DNA from: an uncultured Planctomycetia bacterium
GTDB taxonomy: Bacteria; Omnitrophota; Gorgyraeia; Tantalellales; Tantalellaceae
Reading direction: 5' to 3'
Assembly: GCA_964572255.1 (NCBI GenBank)
Contig: CAZNEE010000005.1
Span: 24,720 to 88,719, forward strand
DNA: 64,000 bases
The notes beneath the pieces are model-generated. The model had not been told where the DNA came from. It saw only the letters and a program-made list of their open reading frames with translations, and searched no databases. The translations under genes were made by a program, and so were the position numbers. Numbering within the stretch: position 1 is the first letter of the stretch; the number at the start of each line of letters is the position of its first letter. Of this stretch, positions 26,710 to 36,940 are shown one piece after another.

Positions 26710-28497
26710 TTATTCCTCACAAAAAGGTTCGTATTTTTTGCCTGACCATTGCATGCCCAGATGACTTGAAAACTCAAGCATATTAAGCCTTATGCCATGA
26801 ACTATAACTGCCATGAATCCTAAAGTTATATTGAGCATGTGTCCGAAAAAGAGTATCAATGCGGCGCTTATCCCTCCTATTACACTGTGTACCCCTCCTG
26901 CAAGCGCCATATTGTTAAAACTTTCAGCGACAACAACCGTGGCATATCCTACTGCGAACAGCCTTAAATATGAAACTATGTCGGAAAAGGACCCTATGAC
27001 GCTTAACGGCAGCTCGGCTAACGTAATTAAAGCGCCTTTAAAGATCCCTTTCTGGGGATTCGAACAAAAGAGAACCAAGCCTATTCCCATAATAAGTAGC
27101 CACCCGGCGAATGGCGGAAAAACATTGCCTATAACAAATTTCCCTGCAGCAAAAAACATGCCCCACAATATAAGTATCCACCCAAATTGGGCAAAAGATA
27201 AAATGGAATTGATCACTCTCACCGCTCTTAAAAGATGCGCTATGGTCAGCTGAGTAGCCCCGATCAAAAAACATATATATATAAGGAAATTCTGATTATT
27301 ATCCGCAAAACTGTTTATTTTTCCCACTACAAGACCGTTCAAAAACGGCAGCTGGGCTATTCTTTCCGCGCCGAACCACGTCCCTGTAATGGCTCCCCAA
27401 ACTATCGTTCCCGCGCTCAAAAGGTACATTAAAAAGAACGGCTCCCAAGGCAGATGCTTGAGCCTGCGTCTTATTAAAAAGGTCGCTATTAAGAAGAGAA
27501 TGCCGTACCCCGCATCCCCTATAAGCATGGCGAAGAACAAGCTAAAAAACACGAGAAAATAAAAGCTTATATCAAATTCATTGTACCCCGGCAGTGTGTT
27601 CATGAACCGGAATACCGGATTTATTATTCTTATCCACTTCGGATTTGTCACAAGCGTGGGGGTCTCTTCCGGATTATCGGGCTCATCCACAATATACCCT
27701 GCCCCGTATTTTTTTGTAACCTCTATCACTTTTTGGGTTTCCTTCTCGGGACAAAAGCCCTGCAGGTACGCAAACCTGTCTTCTACCTGCATGCCGAATT
27801 TTACATTTAAAAATGTAAGTTCTTTTTCATATTTTTGCCTGCATATTCGCAGGCTTCCCAACCCTTCGGCTTCTGTCTTAAGAAAACTTTCTATTTGTAC
27901 TATTTTATTTTTTGCTTTATCTATTTCTTCCTCTATCTCGTCCGGGCTCATTGCGGGCGGAATTATTTCATGATAAGGGATTTCTTCTTGCTGATCCACT
28001 GAAACTGCGGCTGCCAGAATATGTCCTTTTTCTTTGCCGATAACCTGGCATTTCATTTCCTTTTGTGCTTTTTTGAACTCATCCTTCCTCAATCTATATA
28101 ATCTGACATTTATGCCTTTCGCCCTAAAAGCTTCCAGCTCCTTTGGATCAAATTGGCCCCAGGCATCAAACCATTTTCCTTGCCTTTTAAGGGTATTGAT
28201 ATATGCCGAAAGCTCCTCTTTTTCCTTGCAGGCTTCCTCTATTTTCTCGCCATTCGAGAGGATCTCTTCGTCTTTGCAAACTAACTCCCTTTGACTATGT
28301 TCTTCCGCATAAGGGGATAGGATCGATATCATCTTGTTTATATTGGAGATCTTGTCTTCCACATAAGTAATATCATGTGCTTCCGGCAGTTTTACATGTT
28401 TAATATGCACTACACCGGCTTTCCGCAGGTCGGATACAAAATTACCCTTTTCTTTCTCGGAGATCAATAAAGTGAGTTTTTTCATTCGTACTATCAT
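26710..28497 (-). CDS. atpI: V/A-type ATPase subunit I
   Basis: GDAGYG, SDIVSYLRLFA, HGIRLNMLEF; start MIVRMKK at 28497 overlaps the atpD stop. Confidence 0.93.
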   Translation of the reverse strand: MIVRMKKLTLLISEKEKGNFVSDLRKAGVVHIKHVKLPEAHDITYVEDKISNINKMISILSPYAEEHSQRELVCKDEEILSNGEKIEEACKEKEELSAYINTLKRQGKWFDAWGQFDPKELEAFRAKGINVRLYRLRKDEFKKAQKEMKCQVIGKEKGHILAAAVSVDQQEEIPYHEIIPPAMSPDEIEEEIDKAKNKIVQIESFLKTEAEGLGSLRICRQKYEKELTFLNVKFGMQVEDRFAYLQGFCPEKETQKVIEVTKKYGAGYIVDEPDNPEETPTLVTNPKWIRIINPVFRFMNTLPGYNEFDISFYFLVFFSLFFAMLIGDAGYGILFLIATFLIRRRLKHLPWEPFFLMYLLSAGTIVWGAITGTWFGAERIAQLPFLNGLVVGKINSFADNNQNFLIYICFLIGATQLTIAHLLRAVRVINSILSFAQFGWILILWGMFFAAGKFVIGNVFPPFAGWLLIMGIGLVLFCSNPQKGIFKGALITLAELPLSVIGSFSDIVSYLRLFAVGYATVVVAESFNNMALAGGVHSVIGGISAALILFFGHMLNITLGFMAVIVHGIRLNMLEFSSHLGMQWSGKKYEPFCEE

Positions 28498-29108
28498 ATA
28501 TGAATTACCTCTTCTTGCTTGGCCTGTATTTTCTCTTTGGCGATCTTCCCTCTTACTACAGCCGCGGTCTGCAGATCCCCTAAACATATCTGGATCTTCC
28601 TGATGTTTTCTACTGCTTGCGGGATCTTTACTTTTTCGAACAAGTTGACCCTTTGCGTGGTGATCCTTAGTTCTTCCCTGATGAGTTCTTCTTGTTTTTC
28701 AAGGATTCCCATTTTTGCGTTCTCTGTCATTACCTGTTTTACTGCATCGACGCCATAATCAACCCACAAGGGAGTTATTACAAGATCGTATTTTTTAACA
28801 TCAAAAACCGCTTCTTTAAAGACCGGGGTATCTATCCCGGCAATGTTCCCTGTATCTGTCAGAACTTCTTTAAGGCTTATTAGATCTCTTAGTCCGACAT
28901 CTTCAGCGAAAACATCAGCCCATTTATATATTGTCGCTTTGAGATAGGCTTTCTCTTTTTTTACTTCCTCCATGGCTTTATGTATTTTCTGTATTTCCAG
29001 CTGAAGCTGCTGTTTTTTAAGAAGAAGCGTGGGAAGATACTGCTCGAACCTTTTAAGCTCATCCCTTTGTCTTTTTAATTCATTTTTTGTCAGTTTCAGC
29101 TTGCCCAT
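28494..29108 (-). CDS. atpD: V/A-type ATPase subunit D
   Basis: LTKNEL, LPTLLLKK, TTQRVNLFEKVKIP. Confidence 0.93.
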   Translation of the reverse strand: MGKLKLTKNELKRQRDELKRFEQYLPTLLLKKQQLQLEIQKIHKAMEEVKKEKAYLKATIYKWADVFAEDVGLRDLISLKEVLTDTGNIAGIDTPVFKEAVFDVKKYDLVITPLWVDYGVDAVKQVMTENAKMGILEKQEELIREELRITTQRVNLFEKVKIPQAVENIRKIQICLGDLQTAAVVRGKIAKEKIQAKQEEVIHI

Positions 29109-30421
29109 TATTTTTCTTTTTTCTCTTCTTGTTTCGGCCAGAATTCTTTAATAAGTTCTGTGCGGAAGTTGGTTTCTTTCGGATTAAAGCACTCTCCGAG
29201 TATCTTCCATCCATTATCTAGGGCCTCTTCAAGCGCAATGTTAACCTTTAGATCCATCATTTGACCTTCAAAAAGATCGCCATATTTCAAGAGTTTTCTG
29301 TCCCAATCACTCATCCTGAATCCCATTGACCGTTTTTCTTCGGTTTCCTTGTACTGAGCATAAAGCTGTATCATGCCGTTCATGATGTCTCTATGGTCTT
29401 TGCGGGTATCCTTGTTAACCTGCTGCTTCAATCTGCTTAATGAACCAAAAGGCTCGATCCTGCCGTTTCTCAGATAAAACTGTCCTTCCGTAATATAGCC
29501 CGTATTGTCGGGAACCGGGTGGGTAACATCATCTCCCGGCATGGTCGTAACAGCCAAAACCGTGATCGATCCGGCGCCTTCAAAATCCACAGCTTTTTCA
29601 TATCTTGCCGCAAGCTGACTATAAAGGTCTCCGGGATAGCCCCTGTTGGAAGGAACCTGCTCCATTGTTATGGAAAGCTCTTTAAGCGCATCCGAAAAAT
29701 TTGTCATGTCCGTAAGAAGGACCAGTACTCTCTTTCCCCCGAGCGCGAACTTTTCCGCAACGGCAAGCGAAAGATCCGGGACCATAAGGCCTTCTACTAT
29801 TGGATCGGCGGCGGTATGAACAAAAAAGATGGTTCTGCTTAAAGCTCCTCCCTCTTCAAGCGTGTCTTTAAAATACATGTATTGATCGTACTTGAGTCCG
29901 ATCCCTCCAAGAATGATCATGTCAACTTCCGCCTGAAGAGCGATACGCGCAAGAAGTTCATTGTAAGGTTCTCCCGAAACAGAAAAAATGGGAAGCTTTT
30001 GTGATTCAACTAAAGAATTAAAAACATCTATCATGGGGATATTCGTCCTCACCATATTTTTCGGGATAATCCTCTTCGCGGGATTAACGGCCGGGCCGGC
30101 TATCTCGGTCAGATTTTCGAGAATGTCGGGGCCTTTATCCCGGGGCTTCCCGCTGCCGTTAAAGATCCTGCCCAACATGTTAGGGCTTACCCCCACTTTC
30201 ATGGGATGGCCTAAAAATCTTACTTCATCTCCGGTGGAAATGCCTCTCGCCCCGGCAAATGCCTGCAAATACACCATATCCCCTTCAAGCCTTATAACCT
30301 GGGCAAGAGAGATCCCTCTTGAAGCGGAGATCTCGGCGAGTTCCTCATAAGAGACGCCTTCAGCCCTTACGGTAACGACATTGCCCACAATATTCAGAAT
30401 TCTGGTGCATACTTTTCTCAT
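29108..30421 (-). CDS. atpB: V/A-type ATPase subunit B
   Basis: [39 protein letters not shown]. Confidence 0.95.
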   Translation of the reverse strand: MRKVCTRILNIVGNVVTVRAEGVSYEELAEISASRGISLAQVIRLEGDMVYLQAFAGARGISTGDEVRFLGHPMKVGVSPNMLGRIFNGSGKPRDKGPDILENLTEIAGPAVNPAKRIIPKNMVRTNIPMIDVFNSLVESQKLPIFSVSGEPYNELLARIALQAEVDMIILGGIGLKYDQYMYFKDTLEEGGALSRTIFFVHTAADPIVEGLMVPDLSLAVAEKFALGGKRVLVLLTDMTNFSDALKELSITMEQVPSNRGYPGDLYSQLAARYEKAVDFEGAGSITVLAVTTMPGDDVTHPVPDNTGYITEGQFYLRNGRIEPFGSLSRLKQQVNKDTRKDHRDIMNGMIQLYAQYKETEEKRSMGFRMSDWDRKLLKYGDLFEGQMMDLKVNIALEEALDNGWKILGECFNPKETNFRTELIKEFWPKQEEKKEK

Positions 30422-32148
30422 TGTTTTTCACCTTCCAATAAGCTATCGATCTTCTTTTCCTCTTCTTTAAATTCATCTGATTCCCATTTCTTATAATTCC
30501 AATCGATAAAAGCGTGCCTTAAATTGTAGAAAAAATTTCTTGCGTCCTGTTTGTCTTTAAACGGGAACTCTTTCCTCAAAACGTATATGACTTTTGAAAA
30601 AACATATTTTTGTCTGTCGGCTGTCGTCGCGGCATCTACTTCGTCGAATCCGTTTTGCTGAAGATACACGCTGTCAAGAAAATCGCTTTTCAGGTATACC
30701 GCAAAATCCTCTAAAGATGTTCCTTCTTCACCCACGACCTTCATCATCTGCGAAACTTCGTTGCCTTTAAAAAGAATATTTTTTGCGGTCTGGATCTCGT
30801 CTTCGGGAATAAAACTTTTATACTTGCTCCAGCTTTCAAGCGGAGACACTGAAGGGAACTTGCGCGCTTCAGCCCTGTCTCTGGAAAGTCCGTGGAAAGC
30901 CCCGACGACTTTAAGCGTTCCTTGCGTCACCGGTTCCTCAAAGTTGCCTCCTGCCGGACTTACGGTGCCCCCTATTGTAAGACTGCCGATCTCTCCGTCA
31001 TGAAGTTTTACTATGCCGGACCGTTCATAAAAAGAAGCTATACGTGATTCGAGATAGGCGGGGTACGCTTCTTCTCCCGGGATCTCTTCCAATCTTCCCG
31101 ATATTTCACGCATTGCCTGGGCCCAGCGTGATGTGGAATCCGCCAGAAGTAAGACATTAAGACCCATCTGTCTGTAATATTCGGCCAAAGTCGCGCCGGT
31201 ATAAACAGATGATTCTCTCGCGGCAACAGGCATTGATGAAGTGTTACAGATAATTATCGTTCTTTCCATTAAAGATTTCCCTGTACGCGGATCTTTTAGT
31301 TTAGGGAATTCTCTAAGCGTTTCCACGACTTCCCCCGCTCTTTCGCCGCACGCCGCGATAATAACTATATCCACTTCCGCATGCCGGCTGGTTATCTGCT
31401 GAAGCACCGTCTTGCCCGCCCCAAAAGGCCCGGGGATACAATACGTTCCTCCCTTAGCAACCGGGAACATTGTGTCGAGGATCCTTACCTTTGTGACTAA
31501 TGTCTCTTTGGGCTGCATCTTCTCCTTATACGCTTCTATAGGGACCTTGACCGGCCAGTCAAAGATCATCGACACGCTGATGCTTTCCCCTTTTTCATCT
31601 TTCAAAACAGCCACCTCTTTGCCGGCCGCATAATTGCCTGCGGGAACTATTTTCTCGACTGTATATTCTTCATAAAGATAAAAAGGCACCATTATTTTGT
31701 GTTTAAAAATACCTTCGGGGACAGCCCCGAGAACGCTTCCCGCCTTTACTTTATCTCCCTTTTGGGCCGCGGGGGCAAAATCCCACTCTTTCTCAAAAGA
31801 GAGCGCATTAAGCTCGACTCCTATCGGCAGAAAAAAACCATGCTCTTCGGCCAGTTCCGGCAACGGGTTTTGAAGCCCGTCATATATTTGTCCCAGAAGA
31901 CCCGGCCCCAATTGCACCGAAAGCATGTTCTCTGAAAACTCGACCGCATCTCCCACTTTTATGCCTTTGGTATATTCAAAGACCTGAAGATATGCTATGT
32001 TTCCTTTTATTTTTATGACTTCCGACTTTAATTTCTTATCTCCGCTCAACACGTACCCCACTTCGTTCTGGATGATGTCCCCCTGGAACCGGACCGCTAT
32101 CATGTTGCCGTTGATCGAAACTATTTTTCCTAATTGTTTTCTTGTCAT
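30418..32148 (-). CDS. atpA: V/A-type ATPase subunit A
   Basis: [36 protein letters not shown]; probable start MTRKQ at 32148. Confidence 0.95.
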   Translation of the reverse strand: MTRKQLGKIVSINGNMIAVRFQGDIIQNEVGYVLSGDKKLKSEVIKIKGNIAYLQVFEYTKGIKVGDAVEFSENMLSVQLGPGLLGQIYDGLQNPLPELAEEHGFFLPIGVELNALSFEKEWDFAPAAQKGDKVKAGSVLGAVPEGIFKHKIMVPFYLYEEYTVEKIVPAGNYAAGKEVAVLKDEKGESISVSMIFDWPVKVPIEAYKEKMQPKETLVTKVRILDTMFPVAKGGTYCIPGPFGAGKTVLQQITSRHAEVDIVIIAACGERAGEVVETLREFPKLKDPRTGKSLMERTIIICNTSSMPVAARESSVYTGATLAEYYRQMGLNVLLLADSTSRWAQAMREISGRLEEIPGEEAYPAYLESRIASFYERSGIVKLHDGEIGSLTIGGTVSPAGGNFEEPVTQGTLKVVGAFHGLSRDRAEARKFPSVSPLESWSKYKSFIPEDEIQTAKNILFKGNEVSQMMKVVGEEGTSLEDFAVYLKSDFLDSVYLQQNGFDEVDAATTADRQKYVFSKVIYVLRKEFPFKDKQDARNFFYNLRHAFIDWNYKKWESDEFKEEEKKIDSLLEGEKQ

Positions 32149-32642
32149 ATTTTTACCTCGCATATTTCATAGAATATTGCTTCCCCTCTGTCTTTATTAA
32201 ACGTGGAGAGCCTTTCGAGTATCTGCAGTTTTAAAAAATAAAATGCCAGCCAATTGATGTCAAAGTGGACCTTCGCGCTCATCTCTTCCAGAAAAGACCA
32301 TCTTATCTTTTCAAAAATCTTCTCCTTTAAAAGAGGGTTTTCCTGTTCCATGATCTCGTTTATAAGCTCTGAAGTTCCCTTGTAGCTTACCTTTTCTCCG
32401 GACCTCGCCTTTGCCAGATCCTCTTCGAGGGTTCTGTTAAAACGTTTCCATGCCCTTATAAACTCCGTGTCCTCGTCTTTTTCTTCATGTTCTTTTATGT
32501 GCGCTGATGCGATAGTTGTCATGTCCTCTCCAGAAAGCCATTTTTTGCATTCCGAAAGAAGCTCGTCGCTTGAGATAGGCGGGACTTCTTGAAATTTAAG
32601 ATACGGAAGAGATGAAACCAAATAATAATATTTGCTTCTCAT
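32145..32642 (-). CDS. DUF2764-like V-ATPase subunit C analog
   Basis: YYYLVSSLPYL start, HFD...LKLQILER; lies between subunits E and A. Confidence 0.8.
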   Translation of the reverse strand: MRSKYYYLVSSLPYLKFQEVPPISSDELLSECKKWLSGEDMTTIASAHIKEHEEKDEDTEFIRAWKRFNRTLEEDLAKARSGEKVSYKGTSELINEIMEQENPLLKEKIFEKIRWSFLEEMSAKVHFDINWLAFYFLKLQILERLSTFNKDRGEAIFYEICEVKI

Positions 32643-32647
32643 TGTTT

Positions 32648-33244
32648 TTAAGTTAAGAGTTCCTTGATCTTCGGATTCAGATATGTTTTAAAAGATTCCG
32701 CGATGGCTTCGTCCGTAAAATCATAATAGGAGCTTTCTCCTTTTTTCCCTATGCGGAATCCATGCTCAATGCTCGGCGAAACTTTTATTGTTAATCCTTT
32801 TCCCACTTCCCCCTTAAACACGCCTAAAAGAGCTCCTTCTATGCTATTTTTATCCTTTTCGCTTAACAAAACTTCTATTTCCGCTTCTTTATCCTCGCTG
32901 AATTTCCGGATCAGGTTTACAATAACTTCTTTGAGGACTTCAGGGGGCAGCTGCTGAGCGACTTCTTTCTTTATCAATGCATCAAAAACGGCCGTTATGC
33001 TTTCCTTCAATGCAAGAATAACGTCCCTTGAAGCTTGACTTAAAGCTTCCTCGCCGTTTTTCTTGAGGTTTTCGGCGTCATTTTTTGCCTTTTTTATAAT
33101 ATCCTCTTTTTTCTTCTCGGCTTCGGCGATTATTTTATCCGCTTTTGCCTGCGCTTGTTTCAAGATGTCGGCCGCTTTACTCTCGGCTTCGCCTATTCCC
33201 TCTTTTTTGATTTTTTCGATAATGGTATTGAGTTCCATCTCCAT
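32648..33244 (-). CDS. atpE: V/A-type ATPase subunit E
   Basis: IEKIKKEGI coiled coil, GFRIG, YDFTDEAI. Confidence 0.9.
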   Translation of the reverse strand: MEMELNTIIEKIKKEGIGEAESKAADILKQAQAKADKIIAEAEKKKEDIIKKAKNDAENLKKNGEEALSQASRDVILALKESITAVFDALIKKEVAQQLPPEVLKEVIVNLIRKFSEDKEAEIEVLLSEKDKNSIEGALLGVFKGEVGKGLTIKVSPSIEHGFRIGKKGESSYYDFTDEAIAESFKTYLNPKIKELLT

Positions 33245-33381
33245 AAATATCTCCTTATGATTTATATCGCGGGTATAATTATAATGTTCGGCATAAATTA
33301 ACTTTTATGATAACACGAATTTTATTATTAAAAAAGTAAATTTTAGATTACTCTGGTGATCGGCAAATATTGGATGGTAAT

Positions 33382-33957
33382 TTATTTTTTAGACCCCGGC
33401 TTATCGATCGGCATTCCTTCCTGACAAAGAGGACAAACCGCTTCTTCAAAAGTGGGAATATCGAGTTTGATCAAGCTTTCGCTCTTGACCCCGCCGAAAT
33501 CTATCTGTTCAGAACTTCGATTGACAAGACTAGCTACCCCCACGGGATCGATCCCCTGCTTTTTCAAAAGCGTTATGACTTCCTTAACAGAACCGCCTGT
33601 AGTGAGGACATCTTCCGCAATAAGAACTTTATTTTTAGGAGAAACTTGGAAGCCCCTCCGCAAGACCATTTTTCCTTCTGCGTCTCTTTCGGTAAAAACA
33701 GCTCTCGCATTAAGCGCTCTTGCAAGTTCATACGCAAGAACTATCCCTCCCATGGCCGGGCCCACTATAACATCGGGGGTATCTCTGCGGAATTTTTCCG
33801 CTAGCGCACCGCATAACCTTGCGGCAACTATGGGATCCTGCAGTACCAGCGCGCATTGCAGGTACGCTCCGGAATGCAATCCGCTTGAAAGTTTAAAATG
33901 TCCCTGCTGAAATGCTCCTGACTTTTTAAAGATCTCTATTATTTCCATATCTTGCAT
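33382..33957 (-). CDS. pyrE: Orotate phosphoribosyltransferase
   Basis: GHFKLSSG.HS, GPAMGG, EDVLTTGGS. Confidence 0.95.
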   Translation of the reverse strand: MQDMEIIEIFKKSGAFQQGHFKLSSGLHSGAYLQCALVLQDPIVAARLCGALAEKFRRDTPDVIVGPAMGGIVLAYELARALNARAVFTERDAEGKMVLRRGFQVSPKNKVLIAEDVLTTGGSVKEVITLLKKQGIDPVGVASLVNRSSEQIDFGGVKSESLIKLDIPTFEEAVCPLCQEGMPIDKPGSKK

Positions 33958-33991
33958 ATTTCGCTCCCCTCTTTTTGCCGCAAAGTGCGGT

Positions 33992-34705
33992 TTATTCTTC
34001 TATTTCAGCAATTATTTGTTTCGCCGCTTGAAGAGGATCTTCTGCCTGTATTATCGGTCTTCCGACAACTATATAATCGGCGCCGTTTTCTATCGCCTGT
34101 TTTGGTGTAACTATTCTTTTTTGATCGCCTTGAGCCGTCCCTGCCGGTCGCACCCCCGGAGTAACGACTATAAAATCTTCTCCCAAAGATTTCTTTATCT
34201 TTGCCGCCTCTTGCGCGGAAGCTACAACCCCGTTCATCCCTGATCCTTTAGCGAGAGACGCCAATTCTATCACCTTATCATTAATTCGTCCGCTCATGCC
34301 CAGATCATGCATGCTTTTTTCATCCATGCTTGTCAGGATCGTGACTCCTAAGAGTATGGGGGCAACTTTCCCGTGAGAAGCTGCTCCTTCTTTAGCCCCT
34401 ATAGCAGCGGCCTTAAGCATCTCTCTCCCGCCAAGACAATGAAAATTAATCATGAATACGCCTTTTTGCGCCGCTGCGCTTGCAGCGTTCTTAACAGTAT
34501 TGGGAATATCGTGGAATTTCAGATCCAAAAAAACTTTTTTCCCTTTTTCCCGGAGTTTATTCAGCAATCTTTCTCCAAAACCCGTAAAAGGCGCTATGCC
34601 TACTTTAAAAATATCAACTTCGGGAGAAAGAATATCGACCAGCTCTTCTGCCCTTTCCAAAGTGTCTGCATCCAATGCCACGATAAGTTTGTCTTTTGCT
34701 TTCAT
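33992..34705 (-). CDS. pyrF: Orotidine-5'-phosphate decarboxylase
   Basis: IVALD, DLKFHDIPNT, TPGVR, DQKR, VVGRPI. Confidence 0.96.
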   Translation of the reverse strand: MKAKDKLIVALDADTLERAEELVDILSPEVDIFKVGIAPFTGFGERLLNKLREKGKKVFLDLKFHDIPNTVKNAASAAAQKGVFMINFHCLGGREMLKAAAIGAKEGAASHGKVAPILLGVTILTSMDEKSMHDLGMSGRINDKVIELASLAKGSGMNGVVASAQEAAKIKKSLGEDFIVVTPGVRPAGTAQGDQKRIVTPKQAIENGADYIVVGRPIIQAEDPLQAAKQIIAEIEE

Positions 34706-34733
34706 TGTGCCTTTCTGGTGAAACAGGTTTAAT

Positions 34734-35651
34734 TTATATTTTCAACGCTCCCACAAGAGAATTTACATTATCGATTTTTTTCCTTTTTAGATAATCCTCA
34801 AATTCTTTAAGGATTCTCTCGTAGATCGCCGGGTCAATAAAATTCGCCGTTCCTATTTGTACCGCTTTCGCGCCGCACAACATGAATTCTGCCGCGTCCT
34901 TTCCACTCGTTATCCCGCCTATCCCGATTATAGGGATCTTTACCGCTTTGTATGCATCCCAAACCGCTTTAAGCGCCATGGGTTTTATCGCGGGGCCGCT
35001 TAACCCTCCGACAACATTCCCAAGAAGAGGTTTTTTTTCTTCCGCGTCAACTGCCATGGCAAAATATGTATTAACAAGCGATACCGCATCTGCTCCGGCA
35101 GCTTCCGCCGCTTTTGCTATTTCGGCAATATCCGTAACGTTCGGCGTTAATTTCGCGATGAGCAGTTTTTTTGTCTTTTTTCTTATTGCTGAGATCATTT
35201 TTTCTGTCGTTTTTGCGTCTTGCGCTATCAAGCTGTATTTTTTTGTTTTATGTGCAACGTTGGGGCAGGAAAGATTTACTTCTATAGAATCCGGAGAATT
35301 TTTTCCCGAAAGCTTCTCGATGCAAGAGGTGAACTCGCTTGTTGTGTCTCCTGCAATGCTGACCACTACTTGTGTTTTTAACTTATTCAAAAAAGGAAGA
35401 TATTCTTCTTTAAAGTGTTGAATGCCCCGGTTTTCAAGGCCGATAGAATTGATCAGCCCTGATGCCGTTTCAAAGGTCCTTGGAGGAGGATTCCCTTTCC
35501 GGGGTTTGAGCGTAACTGTCTTAGTTACAATTGCTCCAACGTTTTCAAGATCAAGAAAGTCTTCGTACTCCTGTCCGTACCCGAATGTCCCGGAAGCGAC
35601 CCAGATCGGGTTTTTGAACGTGATTTTGCCTATCTTTGTTTTTAATCCCAT
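34734..35651 (-). CDS. pyrD: Dihydroorotate dehydrogenase family 1B catalytic subunit
   Basis: ASGTFG, NSIGLEN, NLSCPN, KLTPN, GGLSGPAIKP. Confidence 0.95.
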   Translation of the reverse strand: MGLKTKIGKITFKNPIWVASGTFGYGQEYEDFLDLENVGAIVTKTVTLKPRKGNPPPRTFETASGLINSIGLENRGIQHFKEEYLPFLNKLKTQVVVSIAGDTTSEFTSCIEKLSGKNSPDSIEVNLSCPNVAHKTKKYSLIAQDAKTTEKMISAIRKKTKKLLIAKLTPNVTDIAEIAKAAEAAGADAVSLVNTYFAMAVDAEEKKPLLGNVVGGLSGPAIKPMALKAVWDAYKAVKIPIIGIGGITSGKDAAEFMLCGAKAVQIGTANFIDPAIYERILKEFEDYLKRKKIDNVNSLVGALKI

Positions 35652-35652
35652 T

Positions 35653-36456
35653 TTATATTTTTCCCCATCTTATTTCTTCCGCGCTAAACACGGGCCCGTC
35701 TTTACATACAAGCTTGTATCCGGAAACCGTCTCGATAGCACATCCTAAACAAGCCCCTATCCCGCATGCCATATACGCATCAAGAGAAACTTGTGCAGGG
35801 ATATTGCTTTCTTTAGCGCATTTCGCGACCTCTCTAAGCATCGGCCTGGGGCCGCAGCTATAAATTATCTCCGGTCCCTTCTCTCCTTTGGCTTTACGTA
35901 AAAATTCTCTCAAGATGTCAGTTACATAACCTTTTTTGCCTTTTGAGCCATCTTCGGTTGCCACGTGGACCTTTGCGCCTATCTTTCTTAGCTCTTTCAC
36001 GCAAACGATGTGCTCGCCGGTGCATGCCCCTGTAAAAAATTCAACTTCTCCCCTTTTTTTGATTATAGCTTCTGTTAAGGCATAAAGGGGGGCTGCGCCG
36101 TGCCCTCCGGCTACCACTATTATTTTTTCTTTCCTCTTTGCCGGCGCCAGATCGAACCCGTTGCCCAAAGGCCCTAAAATATCAAGCGCTTCACCTGTCC
36201 TTTTTTTGCTCAAGATTTCCGTTGCCTGCCCTACAACCTTATACAATAATTTAATGCCTTTTTTCTCTATAGCGTGTACCCCTAAAGGTATTCTTAAAAG
36301 AGGATCTGTCCCTTCCTCGCGGACTTTTACGTTCACGAATTGTCCCGGCCTGGAATTCTTCGCCAGATAAGCTGTTCCCACTGCCATCACATAATGATCT
36401 TTTGCTGTTTTTTTGTTCGAGATTATTTCCGTTTTTATTGTTTTTTTCTTTATCAT
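35653..36456 (-). CDS. pyrK: Dihydroorotate dehydrogenase electron transfer subunit
   Basis: PGQFV, GPLGNGF, CGP, MACGIGACLGC, CKDGPVF. Confidence 0.93.
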   Translation of the reverse strand: MIKKKTIKTEIISNKKTAKDHYVMAVGTAYLAKNSRPGQFVNVKVREEGTDPLLRIPLGVHAIEKKGIKLLYKVVGQATEILSKKRTGEALDILGPLGNGFDLAPAKRKEKIIVVAGGHGAAPLYALTEAIIKKRGEVEFFTGACTGEHIVCVKELRKIGAKVHVATEDGSKGKKGYVTDILREFLRKAKGEKGPEIIYSCGPRPMLREVAKCAKESNIPAQVSLDAYMACGIGACLGCAIETVSGYKLVCKDGPVFSAEEIRWGKI

Positions 36457-36920
36457 TTCTTAAGCCCTTTTTCGCTCAGCCATTTGCCGACCATATCCCA
36501 GTGCGTGCCCTGCCAGAAGATCTTTCCGCAATCCGGGCACCTTTTAAAGAAGTTCTGCGTTCGAAATACGTAATCCGGCACTTTTTGCTTTATTTTTTCT
36601 TTTTCAATATCCTCAAGTAAAGTATTACATTCCACGCAGCGCCGGAAAAAATTATTCTCTTTTAATCCCAGATCCAGTTTTTTTACAAGTTGCTCCATCT
36701 GCTCTTCCACGTAATCATGTTTTATAACTACTATCCGGATCCCTTTGTGTTTTGCATGCTCGGCTTTCCTCGTAACAAGGATCCGTTTATCTCTTAGCGC
36801 CTGGATGATAAGATCCGCTTCTTTTTTCTTGCTAAAATAAACGCAGTCAAATCCTAAAATCCTTAACCACTTTGCCAGTTTCCCCAATTCCTGTGTAACT
36901 ATGAATGCAAGCTGTTCCAT
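36453..36920 (-). CDS. Mut7-C RNase-domain (DUF82-like PIN fold plus Zn ribbon) protein
   Basis: LGKLAKWLRILGFD, RCVECN, CPDCGKIFWQGTHW. Confidence 0.85.
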   Translation of the reverse strand: MEQLAFIVTQELGKLAKWLRILGFDCVYFSKKKEADLIIQALRDKRILVTRKAEHAKHKGIRIVVIKHDYVEEQMEQLVKKLDLGLKENNFFRRCVECNTLLEDIEKEKIKQKVPDYVFRTQNFFKRCPDCGKIFWQGTHWDMVGKWLSEKGLKK

Positions 36921-36940
36921 TGATCGATAGCTCCATAGGC

